Source of the DNA: Octopus sinensis
Taxonomy: Eukaryota
Direction: 5' to 3'
Length of the DNA stretch: 64,000 bases
NCBI RefSeq assembly: GCF_006345805.1
Contig: NC_043002.1
Span: forward strand, 17,236,001-17,300,000
In this document: positions 27,074 through 39,223 of the stretch, piece by piece
Position numbering within the stretch: the stretch's first letter is position 1
Layout: each line of letters begins with the position of its first letter
Program-made: the position numbers and the translations under genes
The notes under the pieces: model-generated
The model's input: only the letters and a program-made list of their open reading frames with translations
Databases searched by the model: none
What the model was told of the DNA's origin: nothing

Positions 27074-28056
27074 TATATATATTATATATATATATATTAT
27101 ATATATATATATATATTTGCGTGTATATGTATGACTGACAGTGTACGTATGTGCATTTTTATAATATATACGTACTTAAGATGTTTGTGTATATGATAAT
27201 ATGTTTTCGTTGGTTCTAGGTGTTCCAATACAGTTGTAATCTCTTTATCCTTGGAGCAGACTCTCCTTTTCACACTTCAGGACGATCTTCATACGGAATA
27301 TTATATTCCTCTTCCTATATTAGGTTTCTTGGTTTCTGACACACGTCTTATGATTAGTTTTTCGCATTTAAAAGGAAATAAGGGCAAGTGAAAATAATTC
27401 AGTATATAGAACGAGAGGAAAGAAACAAAGGAACTTGTTCGAAATACGGCTTACGCGTGACCTTGTGATGAGGTCAGATAGAAGCTACATTTACAAAGGT
27501 GTAATAACAGCAGAAGTGAATAGAAACATGAAGACGTTTCATTGCTTATAACACAAATTGAACACGTTAGTTTTCGTTTTGGTTATTTTTCTTTGGTTGT
27601 TGTTTTTTTCTTTCTTGCAGGTCCAGCAGAGGTCGATGGAAATATTGTCCACACATAAGCTGAAAGCTACTGGAAAATATTTTTCTGTCACATGAGATGG
27701 CCAAGGTGTCGTTTTTTCTGATGTATTGATAACCTGCACTTACTCTCTCGTACGCATCCTATAGGGAGACATACAGACAGACAGGCAGACAGGCAGACAG
27801 GCAAAGAGAGAGAAACTTTTTAATTTTACTTTCATCCTTTTCAATGATGTGCTGAGACTATAATGTCGCAAACCCTGAAGACACTAGTCGAACAAATTGC
27901 TCATGTCATTTATTTTATCATTCCAGGTACTTTCTATCGCTAAACTACAGGAACTTAAACGAAACTACATTGGTTCTGAAACGGTAGTGGAGAAACCCAT
28001 AAACTAAAAGACATACACACACACGCAGCTGAACAACCAAACACAAACACATGCAT

Positions 28057-28091
<35 letters not shown>

Positions 28092-28092
28092 C

Positions 28093-28150
<58 letters not shown>

Positions 28151-28231
28151 AAAACGTATATATATGTATATACATATAAATACATACATATATAAACATA
28201 TATATACATATATATATATACATATATATAC

Positions 28232-28262
<31 letters not shown>

Positions 28263-28378
28263 CATATATATATATACATACATATATATATATTATATAT
28301 ATATATATATATGTATATATATGTATATATATATATGTATATATATGTATGTATATATATATGTATATATATATATGT

Positions 28379-28411
<33 letters not shown>

Positions 28412-28439
28412 GTATATATACATATATGTATGTATAAAT

Positions 28440-28712
28440 GGCACTCGGTTGCATACGACGACGAGGGTTCCGGTTGTTCCCATCAACAGAACAGCTTGCT
28501 TATGTTATTAACGTGCAATTGGCTGAGCACTCAACAGATACGCCTACCCCTTCATATACTTCTCACGGAGATTCCTCGTGACACGGAGTGTGACGAAGCT
28601 GGCCCCTTCAAATAAACTGTCTTGTACAAAGACACAACACCTCGCCAGGAATCGACATCGCGACCCTACGATCGCAAGCCGAATAACTTAACCCCTAAGC
28701 TAAGTGCCTTCA
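28440..28712 (-). mobile_element. Family C-type SINE
   Basis: Minus-strand tRNA-like head AGGCACTTAGCTTAGGGGTTAAG..TCGATTCCTGG; tail shared with 13030-13205. Confidence 0.7.
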
Positions 28713-28759
28713 CATGCATACACACACACCACACACACACACACATATATATATTTATA

Positions 28760-28930
28760 TACATATATACGACGGGCTTCTTTCAGTTTCTGTCTACCAA
28801 ATCCACTCACAAGGTTTGGTCGGCCCGAAGCTATAGTAGAAGACATCTTCCCAAGGTGCTATGCAGTGGGACTGAACATGGTACGATGTAGTTGGTAAGC
28901 ACGCTACTTACCACACAACCACTCATCCAT
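28760..28930 (-). mobile_element. Family B SINE, 5' half
   Basis: Reverse complement of the family B head through GAAAGAAGCCCGTCG. Confidence 0.8.
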
Positions 28931-29809
28931 GTATATGTAGAGAGAAAGAAACAGACTTTTCCACTTTTAATTGTTGTAAAGACTGGACTGCGTCCATATT
29001 GCAACCCCTTGAAATGTTTAACTGTTCTTATTTTATTATAACTGGTACTTTGTTCTGTCACTAATTTAGGGATCGTCTATGTAAAAACTACAATGACAGA
29101 CAGACAAATAGATAATGGGATTATAAGCATGGGTTATTGTTTCTTATTCACCACCACGGTTTACCCGTTACCCATACACGAACATATTGCTTCAATACAA
29201 ACTAATTGGAGATAACTTACAAGTGATTGTATCTCGTTGCTAATACAAAATGTAGAACAGAGTATTGATTTATAAAACTTTAATATATTTGGTCGTATAT
29301 TATGTTCGGAAAACAATACATGCTTTCCTAACAGCAATTGCAATGTGAAACAATGTGAATATTCTTGTATATTTTAATTGTCAGGAATCTGTTTAATATG
29401 CAAATTGATTGAACCAATAGCTTCACACTGCGAACGCCTGTGAGTAGTGAAGAAGGCACCTGGTGAGGTCACACATGCACCACACCATGTGCTTCCTCCA
29501 TGTTTGTAAATGTAGCAACCTATTGAAATTTCTCACTCAACCAGCCATGAATGGCTAGCTCAGAGTTTTGCGACGCTGAAGTCACTCCAGTGTTTCAAAT
29601 AGCGAAGCTCAATAGAAAAATTATGATGGTTGATGCGAAAATAAAGTTAAAAAAACATGCCGATATATTTCTTCTCCGACAGCCATATCCGGGACCTGAA
29701 TGCCAACAAAACACTTCACATCTTAGAGTAGAATATCATGGAATGATGCTCATCTTAGATTAATGGCCTGTATCAAGGAAATGCAAGACTGGTATAACTT
29801 TTATATATA

Positions 29810-30142
29810 AAGGGTAAAGACCCCCTTCGGTCATGAATGACCATGGGATTGCACCTAGAATGTTACCCTCCTAGACACAAGTCCGGGCAAGGTTGTTTAT
29901 GGAAGGCCAGCAGTCGCCCATGCATACCAGCCTCCCCTCTCCGCACCACCAGTGTTACCCAAGGAAAAGGCAACGGCAGATACAGCTTGGCACCTGTGAC
30001 GTCGCAACTCATTTCTACAGCTGAGTGAACTGGAGCAACGTGAAATAAAGTGCCTTGCTCGAGAACACAACACGCAGCCCGGTCCGGGATTCGAGCTCAC
30101 AACCTCACGATCGTAAGCTCGACGCTCTAACCACTGAGCCAT
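29810..30142 (-). mobile_element. tRNA-derived SINE with an RTE-like 3' tail
   Basis: Head TGGCTCAGTGGTTAGAGC..GAGCTCGAATCCC; tail GCAATCCCATGGTCATTCATGACCGAAGG resembles RTE 3' ends (inference). Confidence 0.8.
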
Positions 30143-30169
30143 CTTTTATATATAACTTATATATATATA

Positions 30170-30405
30170 TATCAATAGTTATCGCCAAGCTAATTTGGCT
30201 GTCCAGAAATATAGGATGGATGCTGCCGTTGATTAGCTCCAAGCGGCTATCGCCTCTAGCTAGCTATGTGACACACGAACCTGTGTCCATTATAACCTTC
30301 CAACAGGGGAGGTCAGCTGCTTCCCCCTGCGGGTCAGGCATCTGCAGACTAGTTTCAGGGTATTTGCCCCTTATCAATGCAGAGCAGCCGAACCCAGCAG
30401 GCGTT
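30170..30405 (-). mobile_element. Short non-coding hammerhead-bearing element, relative of 24249-24510
   Basis: Colinear homology with the 24.3-24.5 kb element; bounded by TA-rich tracts. Confidence 0.7.
30326..30401 (-). ncRNA. Type I hammerhead ribozyme with U3-A8 core and extended, bulged stem I
   Basis: Minus strand: CCTGC t GGGTT c GGC tgc TCTGCA-TTGATAA-GGGG caaata CCCT-GAAA-CTAG-TC-TGCAGA t GCC t GACCC GCAGG. Confidence 0.8.
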
Positions 30406-30994
30406 TATATATATCCTTTTTAGATCTAAGGATTCTACCGACCCACTGAATTCTGTATCCGAAATGGTGTATTAAATCTAACCATCTGGGGAAGTTTCCA
30501 TTACTGAACTTGATAACAGAACCCGCTCTGGATTAAGCATTAAGTCTTTCGCCAATGAATAAAACACACCAACCATTTCAATTACTATTTCAATGGGCTA
30601 AAGACATGCACTGCTTTCCTTTTCTCTGTATGTTTATTTTTCATTTTTCTCACATCACTAATTTCGTCTAATTCTTTCACATTGTACTTTCTTGCTTGTT
30701 CTCAACGGCAAAACATATTGAGTCGAATATTGTGGACAGAAAACAATATATGCGTACCTACCAGCAATAGAAATGTGCAAGAATGTGAATATTCTTCGAT
30801 ATTTTAATTGTCAGGAATGTGTTTAATATGCAAATCGGTCGACCACAAAAATAATTGTTCAACTCCTGTATCTTCACACTCACGCGACGAATAGTACAGT
30901 CATTTTAATCTTCTTTTTGTTAAGCACCATTACGTCTCACTGGATGGAGTATATTTTATCGATCGTGATGTATACACACATACATACACACACA

Positions 30995-31053
<59 letters not shown>

Positions 31054-31081
31054 TACAGTATATATATGTATATACATAAAA

Positions 31082-32182
31082 CTAGCAGTATCACCCGGTG
31101 CAGCTTGGGTTTGTTTCGACCCTTTAGAATTGGAATTTTTGAAAAGTAAAAATTTTGCATTATGCAACTTGTTATTCTTTTTAAGTGAACATTTTTCCAG
31201 TTGAAATACATCGAAAAATGGTGGCACAGCAGTCAAAAATCGTAAAAATTAGAGATTTTCATAGAAAAAAAGCACCTTTTTGATGTAAAAACTTTTTGGT
31301 GTTAACATGGTCTGATTTGAATTTTCTCTTCTACAGAATGAAGAACAAGCTTTTGTCTATCATATTCTCAATTTTGGTCAACTTGCGCTGCAGGGTCTCG
31401 AAGGAGATAGTGTTAGTTGAAGGCTACCAAACTTGTCATACACAGACAACTTCAGCTTTATATATATAGATTTGCTACACACTACTTTCCATCCTTAATA
31501 ATGAAACTTGGTAGATCCAAAAGTTAAACACGCAGACACACACACAGACACACAAGTTGGGTTTTATATATATAGATTTCTCAACGGGGATTTCAGGGGA
31601 GAGTTTCAGGGAGTCGCTGGCGATGTAACCTGATGATCAAAAATCCGGCCTGCTAAAATTTGGTTAAAGTGATTCAAACTGCAGTCTCAACGCAAAATGG
31701 TCACATTTAATTCAAAGCGTTAAAAATGTTATGAAAAACGATTGGTATGTGTTCACAAAGTCCAAACGATTAATACGAAAAAAACTCTCCAGGCTACATC
31801 CCGAAAATTCTTTTCTTTGCCGAATTTCTACAATGTTTACGGCGATTCGTTTTTATATCTTGATTTTTATATTTTTCATGCAATTTACACATGCCTGCAC
31901 GCGTGGTGAACGCAGTTCACGTCAAACAGCTGACTGAGTAAACTCCACTATTCAATGCATGGGATAAGGCCTAAACAACCACATAATCGATTTTTGCACT
32001 TGCAAGATGAATTTCGGAACAGAAATAGCGCAGTTCAATTTTCATTCGCCTAAACTTTAAGTGACCTATTTTTGATGGTTCTACGATTTGTTGGCTAGCA
32101 GGAGATGTGCCGGGAAGTTAAACACACAGACACACACACAGATTCACACACAGACACACAAGTTGAGTTTTATATATATAGA
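31082..32182 (-). mobile_element. Composite non-autonomous Helitron
   Basis: On the minus strand, 5' A|TCTATATATATAAA starts at 32182, 31576 and 31470; a single 3' end ACCCAAG..CCGGGT-GATACTG-CTAG|T at 31082. Confidence 0.7.
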
Positions 32183-32714
32183 TTATAAATTAGGGTATCT
32201 CGTAGATACTGTAATTTATAATTTTAATAATTATTACATTTGAATGTTATTTTTTCCATGCTGACCACTTGATAAAATCGTTACTTTATTTTAAATTAAC
32301 GATCTTATCTTCATATATATATATATATATATTTTCTCTCAAGTTTCAGCTCAGAGCTGCGGCCATGCTGATGCACCGCTTTTTTGTACTACACTGTTAT
32401 TGCGAAGAACCTCGTCTAATATGTGACACTTGGTGAAGAACGGAGTTTGATATAGCTACATATATATATCATATATGTAACAAACTAATGACAGAAATTC
32501 CTTCAAAGGGGTGTGTAATTAATCCAATTATAAAATTCGTGAGTTGAATCCCACTGATTACAAACAATAAATAAAATAATGTCATTATTTTATCTGTTCT
32601 AATTTTCTTTTTAACTATACTTTTATAGTAGATATTCCAGTCAATTCTTTTTTTAATCTAGCCGTTCTTTCAGGCGGAATTTCCTGTCTTTTGAACCGAA
32701 ATGCTGAAGAGACT

Positions 32715-32871
32715 TATGTACAAAAGGCGTAGTGTTTAAGATACGTGCTATAACCCCAAAATTCCGAGTTCGATTCCAAGCAGTGACCTGAACAACAACA
32801 ACGACAACAACAGCAACAATAATGATAATAATAATAATAATAATAACAACAACAACAACAACAACAACAAC

Positions 32872-32906
<35 letters not shown>

Positions 32907-33050
32907 CATCGAAGAATACCTTAGGAATGAGGACCCAGGTTCGAAATTTCCCCAAGACACCTGAAGAAGACTGCAGGGTACATCAGCCGAAACTTTGTGT
33001 TAACAACAAGCAAGATGGGGACAAATAATATCCGTCGAATGTTAATAATG
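32715..33050 (+). mobile_element. SINE-like element: tRNA-like Pol III head, (AAC/AAT)n spacer, hammerhead motif
   Basis: A-box-like GGCGTAGTGTTTAAG, B box GAGTTCGATTCC, microsatellite, then GACAC-CTGAAGA-A-GACTG..CAGCC-GAAAC..TGTGTT. Confidence 0.65.
32956..33001 (+). ncRNA. Type I hammerhead ribozyme motif (CTGAAGA core), slightly decayed
   Basis: Stem I GACAC/GTGTT, canonical core, stem II G(A)CTG/CAGCC with one mismatch, GAAAC; stem III is imperfect. Confidence 0.6.
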
Positions 33051-33284
33051 AAATTTAGGGATAAGAATTGCCTAGAAATTAAATAATATATATATAAGTC
33101 GAAATAAATGACAGTTTTTCTTTTGTTTTTTTTAATAACTTTTTATGTCATCTTATATATGATATACATAGCATATTTTTTTATATTACAATGCAAATAT
33201 ACTGTTAGGATACCAATTAATATCACTATTTAATTTATTGTTTATATATATAATAATAAAATAATAATAATAATAATAATAATA

Positions 33285-33327
<43 letters not shown>

Positions 33328-33365
33328 TAATAATAATATAATATATATATATATATTATATATAT

Positions 33366-33407
<42 letters not shown>

Positions 33408-33713
33408 AAATGGCTGACGGTTAGTAAGGAGAGACACAAATAAGAAAGAAGAAAACAAAGGACTACTGATGCGGTCACAGGAGTGTGACGAAAGAACTCT
33501 GACCGAAATAAGACTAAGATTAACGTAAAAAATAAATAACACTGAAGCAAAATAACGCCAAATATATAGTGCGTGTGTTTGTATTGGTTAAACTGGCAAA
33601 ATGACCATTCCGAATATATAACAATATCTGTTTCAACACACGAATTCACGTAAAAAAATCTTGCACCACAATATATATATACCTGCATAAATATGTATAT
33701 ATGTGTATATATA

Positions 33714-33791
<78 letters not shown>

Positions 33792-35061
33792 CGAGGAGCG
33801 TTCAATAAGTAATGCCCCTGATCCACTTGCAGTTGTTTGATCTAGCTTAAATTTTGCATGTGCATTTATTTATACCTCTATGGATTAAGTAGCGAATTAC
33901 AGCTCTCAACTAATTGTGGTTTCTGATTTACAGGTGTTTGAACTGAGTCAAGTGTGAAATGGAGCCTGTTGAGTGTCGAGCAGTGGTCTGGTTTTTGTAT
34001 TTGAAAGGACGCACACCACGGGAGACTTTTGATGAAATGAAAGTAACTTATGGTGATGATGCCCCATCATATGACCTTGTAAAACGCTGGCATTGTGAAT
34101 TCAAACATAGTCGGAACTCTGTGGAAACAGCTCCCAGATCTGGTCGCCCCCTTCTGCCGTTGATGAGACGTCTGTCCGTCAAGTTGAGGCTGCCATTTTG
34201 GGAGGTCAACGCATAACTATTCGCCAAATAGCCCATAAGGTCAAGATTAGTACCGGGTCTGTGGAAACTATCATTCACGACCATTTGCATATGCAAAAGG
34301 TGTCTGCCAGATGGATTTCCAGGTTGCTCGCAACTTTCCAGAAGCAAGAACGCGTTGAGTGCTCGAGGATGAATTTGCAGATGTGCCAAGAAGATGAGTC
34401 AAATTTTTTCAAAAGACTGATCACACAGGATAAAACATGGGTCCATCACTATGATCCATAGACCAAAGCCCAGTCAATGCAGTGAAAGCACCGTGACTCA
34501 CCTCCTCCAAAGAAGGCAAGGATGCAGCCCTCCGCTGACAAGGTTATGCTCATAGTCTTCTGGGTCCAGGACGGAGTAGTGATGACAGATTTCTTGGCAA
34601 AGGGTACCACAATTGCAGGAGCCTATTATGCTTCACTTTTTAGGAAATTAAGAGAAGCTATCAAAATCAAGAGGCGGGGCAAGATCAGCAAAGGCATCAT
34701 CATCCTGCAGGACAACGCTCCGGTCCACAACTCGCGTGTCGCCAGATCAGAAGCACAGGCGTGCAGCTATGAACTCCTCCCCTTGCACCCTCTGATTTTC
34801 ACCTCTTCCCAGGCATGAAGTTGATTTTGAAAGGAAAGCGTTTCCCAGATGATGCAGCCTTGATTTCTGAAGTCACGTCGTGGTTGGAGGACCAAGCTGG
34901 GGTCGTCTACAAAAACGGTCTCCAGAGCTGTATCAAACGATGGGAGAAATGCATAACTCTGGGTAGTGCCTACGTAGGTAAAGACTAATAACTGTGCCAA
35001 GTGTCGTTGCTCTACTGCTATGGGAAGTGGCTCAGGGGCATTACTTATTGAACGCCCCTCG
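33792..35061 (+). mobile_element. Near-full-length mariner (DD34D) transposon with transposase pseudogene
   Basis: TA-flanked TIRs CGAGGAGCGTTCAATAAGTAATGCCCCTGA / TCAGGGGCATTACTTATTGAACGCCCCTCG; ATG at 33959; WISRLL, ITQDKTWVHHYDP, LQDNAPVH, PSDFHLF; frameshifts and stops. Confidence 0.95.
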
Positions 35062-35278
35062 TATATATATATATATAATCCAACGAAAGGAAACAACCTC
35101 CTCTTATAGTTTCACGGGTTCAACAGGTTCAATAGAGAATATAGTAGAATAAATGGGTATATATACAACATACAAAACAATAAAAGGAAAATAAAGACCT
35201 CAAATTGACATATGTTAATTTACAAACATAATATTAATAATCCCTACAATTTCGATACTAACACACAACCCCTGATAA

Positions 35279-35410
35279 GGAGTTTTTGTGTGGTAAGTAG
35301 CTTGTTAACCAACGACATGGTTCCGGGTTCAGTACCACTACGTGGCACCTTGGGCATGTGTCTTTTACTATAGACTAGACGGAAACTGAAAGAAGCCCAT
35401 CGTATATATG

Positions 35411-35453
<43 letters not shown>

Positions 35454-35676
35454 ATGTGTGTGTGTGTGTTTGTGTGTGTGTTTATCGCACAAACATCGCT
35501 TGACAATCGCTGCTGGTGTGTTAACCTCCCGTAACTTAGTGGTTCGGCAAAAGAGACTGATAGAATAAGTACTTAGCTTACAAAGAATGCGTCCTGGCTT
35601 CGATTTGCTCGACTAAAGGCGGTGTTCCAGCATGGCCGCAATCAGTTGATTGAAACAATTAAAATAGTAAAAGAGT
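35279..35676 (+). mobile_element. Family B SINE
   Basis: Head, (TG)n core and tail match the other family B copies. Confidence 0.88.
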
Positions 35677-35962
35677 ATACGTATATTTCTGCGCGTTATT
35701 ATTTTAAAGCAGAAGCAATTCGTGAAGAATCTATAATGAAACAGTAAACATTTACTTACACTCCTATACGGTTAAGGAAAACTTTTCTCACACAAATATC
35801 TTTCCAGAAAAATATTCTTTATCCTCAATACGCCTAAGTTAGACAATATTATAAATTACTCTATAATTATTATTTAATAGTTTGTTTACTTAAGTGTACG
35901 TAAAAAATTAATCAATCAAAAGCTAATGTTAATTTATATGTTTATGTGTGTGTGTGTGTGGT

Positions 35963-36009
<47 letters not shown>

Positions 36010-36063
36010 TGTGTGTGTGTGTGTGTGTTTGTATCAGTACGTTGTAATTTTTTTGTCCTAGCT

Positions 36064-36157
36064 TACTCTGATGAGATTCTTACTCAAAATGTTTCCGAAA
36101 TCTGAATTTTTAAAATTTGTTATTGGTTTTGAATTTGAATCGAAACAATTATAGATG
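36064..36157 (+). ncRNA. Hammerhead-like motif with a long AT-rich stem II, decayed
   Basis: CTGATGA-GATTC..CAAAA....TTTTG..GAATC-GAAA-CAATTA-TA; perfect basal stem II, weak stem I. Confidence 0.45.
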
Positions 36158-36226
36158 TTATTAATATTATGTTAATAAATTTACACATGCCAGTTGGAAC
36201 TCTTTATTTTCTTTTCATTATTTATT

Positions 36227-36268
<42 letters not shown>

Positions 36269-36272
<4 letters not shown>

Positions 36273-36942
36273 GTTGGCAAGTAAACTCCCACCGTTTTTT
36301 TTTTAATTTTTAAAACTATTTCCTTTGAGAATTCTATTTTTAAATCATTTTGGAATCTTTTTTTTTCTAGTTAATTGTACTTAATTTTTGTTTATTTTCA
36401 GATTAATATGGAACGTCAAGTTAAGAAAAACAAGCGTTTCAGCACCTCTGCTTTTTGCTTTTAATCAAGGTTCGAAGGCCGCAAAAATTGCTCGAGACAT
36501 TTGTGCTATGTATGGAAAGGTTGCCGTAGCTGAAAGAACCGCCTATTATTGGTATGCCAAGCTCAAAAATGGCAATTTTGACCTCAAAGACGTACCTCGC
36601 TCTGTCCGTCCAGTTGAGTTCGATGAAGAGAGATTAAACCAACTTTTGCATGAAAATTCTCGTCGTACACTCCAGATTGGGGATCAACGGATTTCCACCT
36701 CTTTCTATCTCTATCAAATACTATGCGTCGAGTTTCCTTCAATACTAATGCAGAATTGAAAGCTTGCTTGGATCAATTTTTCGAGTCGGAATCGGGCGTT
36801 TCTACCAATGAGTTATTGAAAATCTTGTTGAACGGTTGAAAGAATTTGTAAACAACAAAAGTGAATATATTATTGATTAATTAGTTGTTATTTTATATTA
36901 AGCTCTTTAAAAAATTTAAATTTGAAATACGGCGGGAACCAA
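36269..36942 (+). mobile_element. Internally deleted mariner transposon
   Basis: TIR TTGGGTTGGCAAG..CCACCGTTTTT; N-terminal HTH FAFNQGSKAAKIARDICAMYG..WYAKLKNGNFDLKDVPRSVRP fused to C-terminal TDFHLFLSLSN..VNNKSEYIID; partial right TIR. Confidence 0.85.
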
Positions 36943-36994
36943 TATATAGAGGCAGAGAGGGAGGGAGGAAGGGAGAGAGAGACAGACAGACACA

Positions 36995-37005
36995 GAGATA
37001 GATAT

Positions 37006-37091
<86 letters not shown>
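36995..37091 (+). repeat. (TAGA)n tetranucleotide microsatellite
   Basis: Direct reading of the sequence. Confidence 0.95.
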
Positions 37092-37094
<3 letters not shown>

Positions 37095-37665
37095 GAAGTA
37101 AATTGTTTACACCTGGACGCTTACTGGTAAGACACGATCACATTTAGAATGTCCTTTAGGCATTTGTTTATTGGACGGAAGATGAAAGATACGAGAATTA
37201 GATTTACAGCTCTTCTTTACACTAACAGAGAAGAGACATTGTGGAACTGTTATTTTAACGAGTTACATCTGTTTACCACACGAAGAGACACACCTGCACT
37301 GTAGGATGCTCCTCAACAGGTTGTTAAATATCCTAATCTGATGGATCGATGCCAGATGGGTCAAAACAATTGTAGTGAGCAGTAAAAATCCTCGTATCTT
37401 CCATCTTCCGTCTCTCATTGACTCAATGACCAACTATATGGTATATAGGTAGTTAGGTAGTTAGGGAGGTAGGTAGGTAGGTAGGCAGCGGTAGATACAC
37501 TGATACATATATGATTACGAAGTTGAGCAGAGTGGCAAGTAAAGAGACGGCCAGACATATAGTTAGAGAGACTAAAATAGAGAAGCATTTGACCAAATGC
37601 TACCAATTGCAGCTTATATATTATGTTCTCAAGCTTCATACAACAATAGTTTGCAGTATACACCA

Positions 37666-37712
<47 letters not shown>

Positions 37713-37768
37713 ATATATATATATATTATATATATATACATATATACATATATATATACATATATGTA

Positions 37769-37804
<36 letters not shown>

Positions 37805-37805
37805 A

Positions 37806-37914
<109 letters not shown>

Positions 37915-38573
37915 CAGTACTACACCACATCCATATTATTAGAATATATTCGAGGACTGTCGCCAAATTAAATGATATAGGACTTCATGAATGCGACATA
38001 GTATATTACGTGATAACATAACTAGGAGCTCCACCAAATTTATGAATATTGCATAGACGTAATTTAGAATAGATTATATAAAATTGCTTTTTCATGCCAG
38101 ATTGAAATAAGATATTTTATTGCGATATGCAACTAACTTACATTATGAGTAGGACTATGACCATCCCATCAACACCGTCATCATCGTTACCGTCATCGTC
38201 ACCATTATTATCTTTTTCATCGGCGTAGTCGTCATCATCATTATCATCATCAGTGATATCTTCATACTCATCATCATCCTATTTCCATGACTGGGTAATT
38301 GTTTATAGTGCCACTGCAGACAACCTGCCAGTCGTTAATTGCCACTAATTGCTTCCTGTGGTTACGTAATAAGTCCTCACAGAGTTGAGATCTTGGTCAA
38401 TGTTTATAGCAAAATATCTATTTCTTCTGATGACTTCTCAATTCTGATTGTCCCTCTATTGCATCCATTCCACAACATTGTCTTCTTCATCACCCTTTAC
38501 TTTACTCAACGAATCGTTATCAATTTTCAGAACAATTCGTTGTTGAAATCGACCATAAATATATATACACATA

Positions 38574-39223
38574 GGCGCAGGAGTGGCTGTGTGAAGGCGG
38601 CGAGCTGGCTGAATCGCTAGCACGCCGGGCGAAATGCTTAGCGGTATTTCGTCTGTCGCACCGTTGGGAGTTCAAATTCCGCCGGGGTCGACTTTGCCTT
38701 TCATCCTTTCGGGGTCGATAAATTAAGTACCAGTTACGCACTGGGGTCGGTGTAATCGACTTAATACCTATATCTGTCCTTGTTTGTCCCCTCTATGTTT
38801 AGCCCCTTGTGGGTAATAAAGAAATAGGTAAGTAGCTTGTTTACCAACCACATGGTTTCGGGCTCAGTCCCAGTACGTGGCACCTTGGTCAAGTGTCTTC
38901 TACTATAGCCTCGAGCCGACCAAAGCCTTGTGAGTGGATTTGGTAGAGGGAAACTGAAAGAAGCCCCCCTATATATGTATATATATGTATATATGTGCGT
39001 GTGTGTGTTTGTATGTCTGTATTTGTCCCCCTAGCATTGCTTGACAACCGATGCTGGTGTGCTTATGTCCCCGTTACTTGGCGGTTCGGCAAAAGAGACC
39101 GATAGAATAAGTACTGGGCTTACTAAAGAATAAGTCCCGGCGTCGAGTTGCTCGATTAAAGGCAGTGCTCCAGCATGGCCGCAGTCAAATGACTGAAACA
39201 AGTAAAAGAGAGTAAGAAAGAGA
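38574..39223 (+). mobile_element. Family B SINE interrupted by a nested family A SINE (38596-38826)
   Basis: GGCGCAGGAGTGGCTGTGTG | full family A unit | GTAAGTAGCTTG.. resumes the family B sequence. Confidence 0.92.

Noticed and set aside
27600-27740. Strong splice acceptor TTTTTTTCTTTCTTGCAG at 27620
   Set aside because: All three downstream frames stop within ~75 nt; a non-coding exon cannot be supported without RNA data
33460-33515. CTGATGC-GGTCA..TGACC-GAAA hammerhead-like motif
   Set aside because: A9 is replaced by C and there is no clear stem I; counted only as a weak relic
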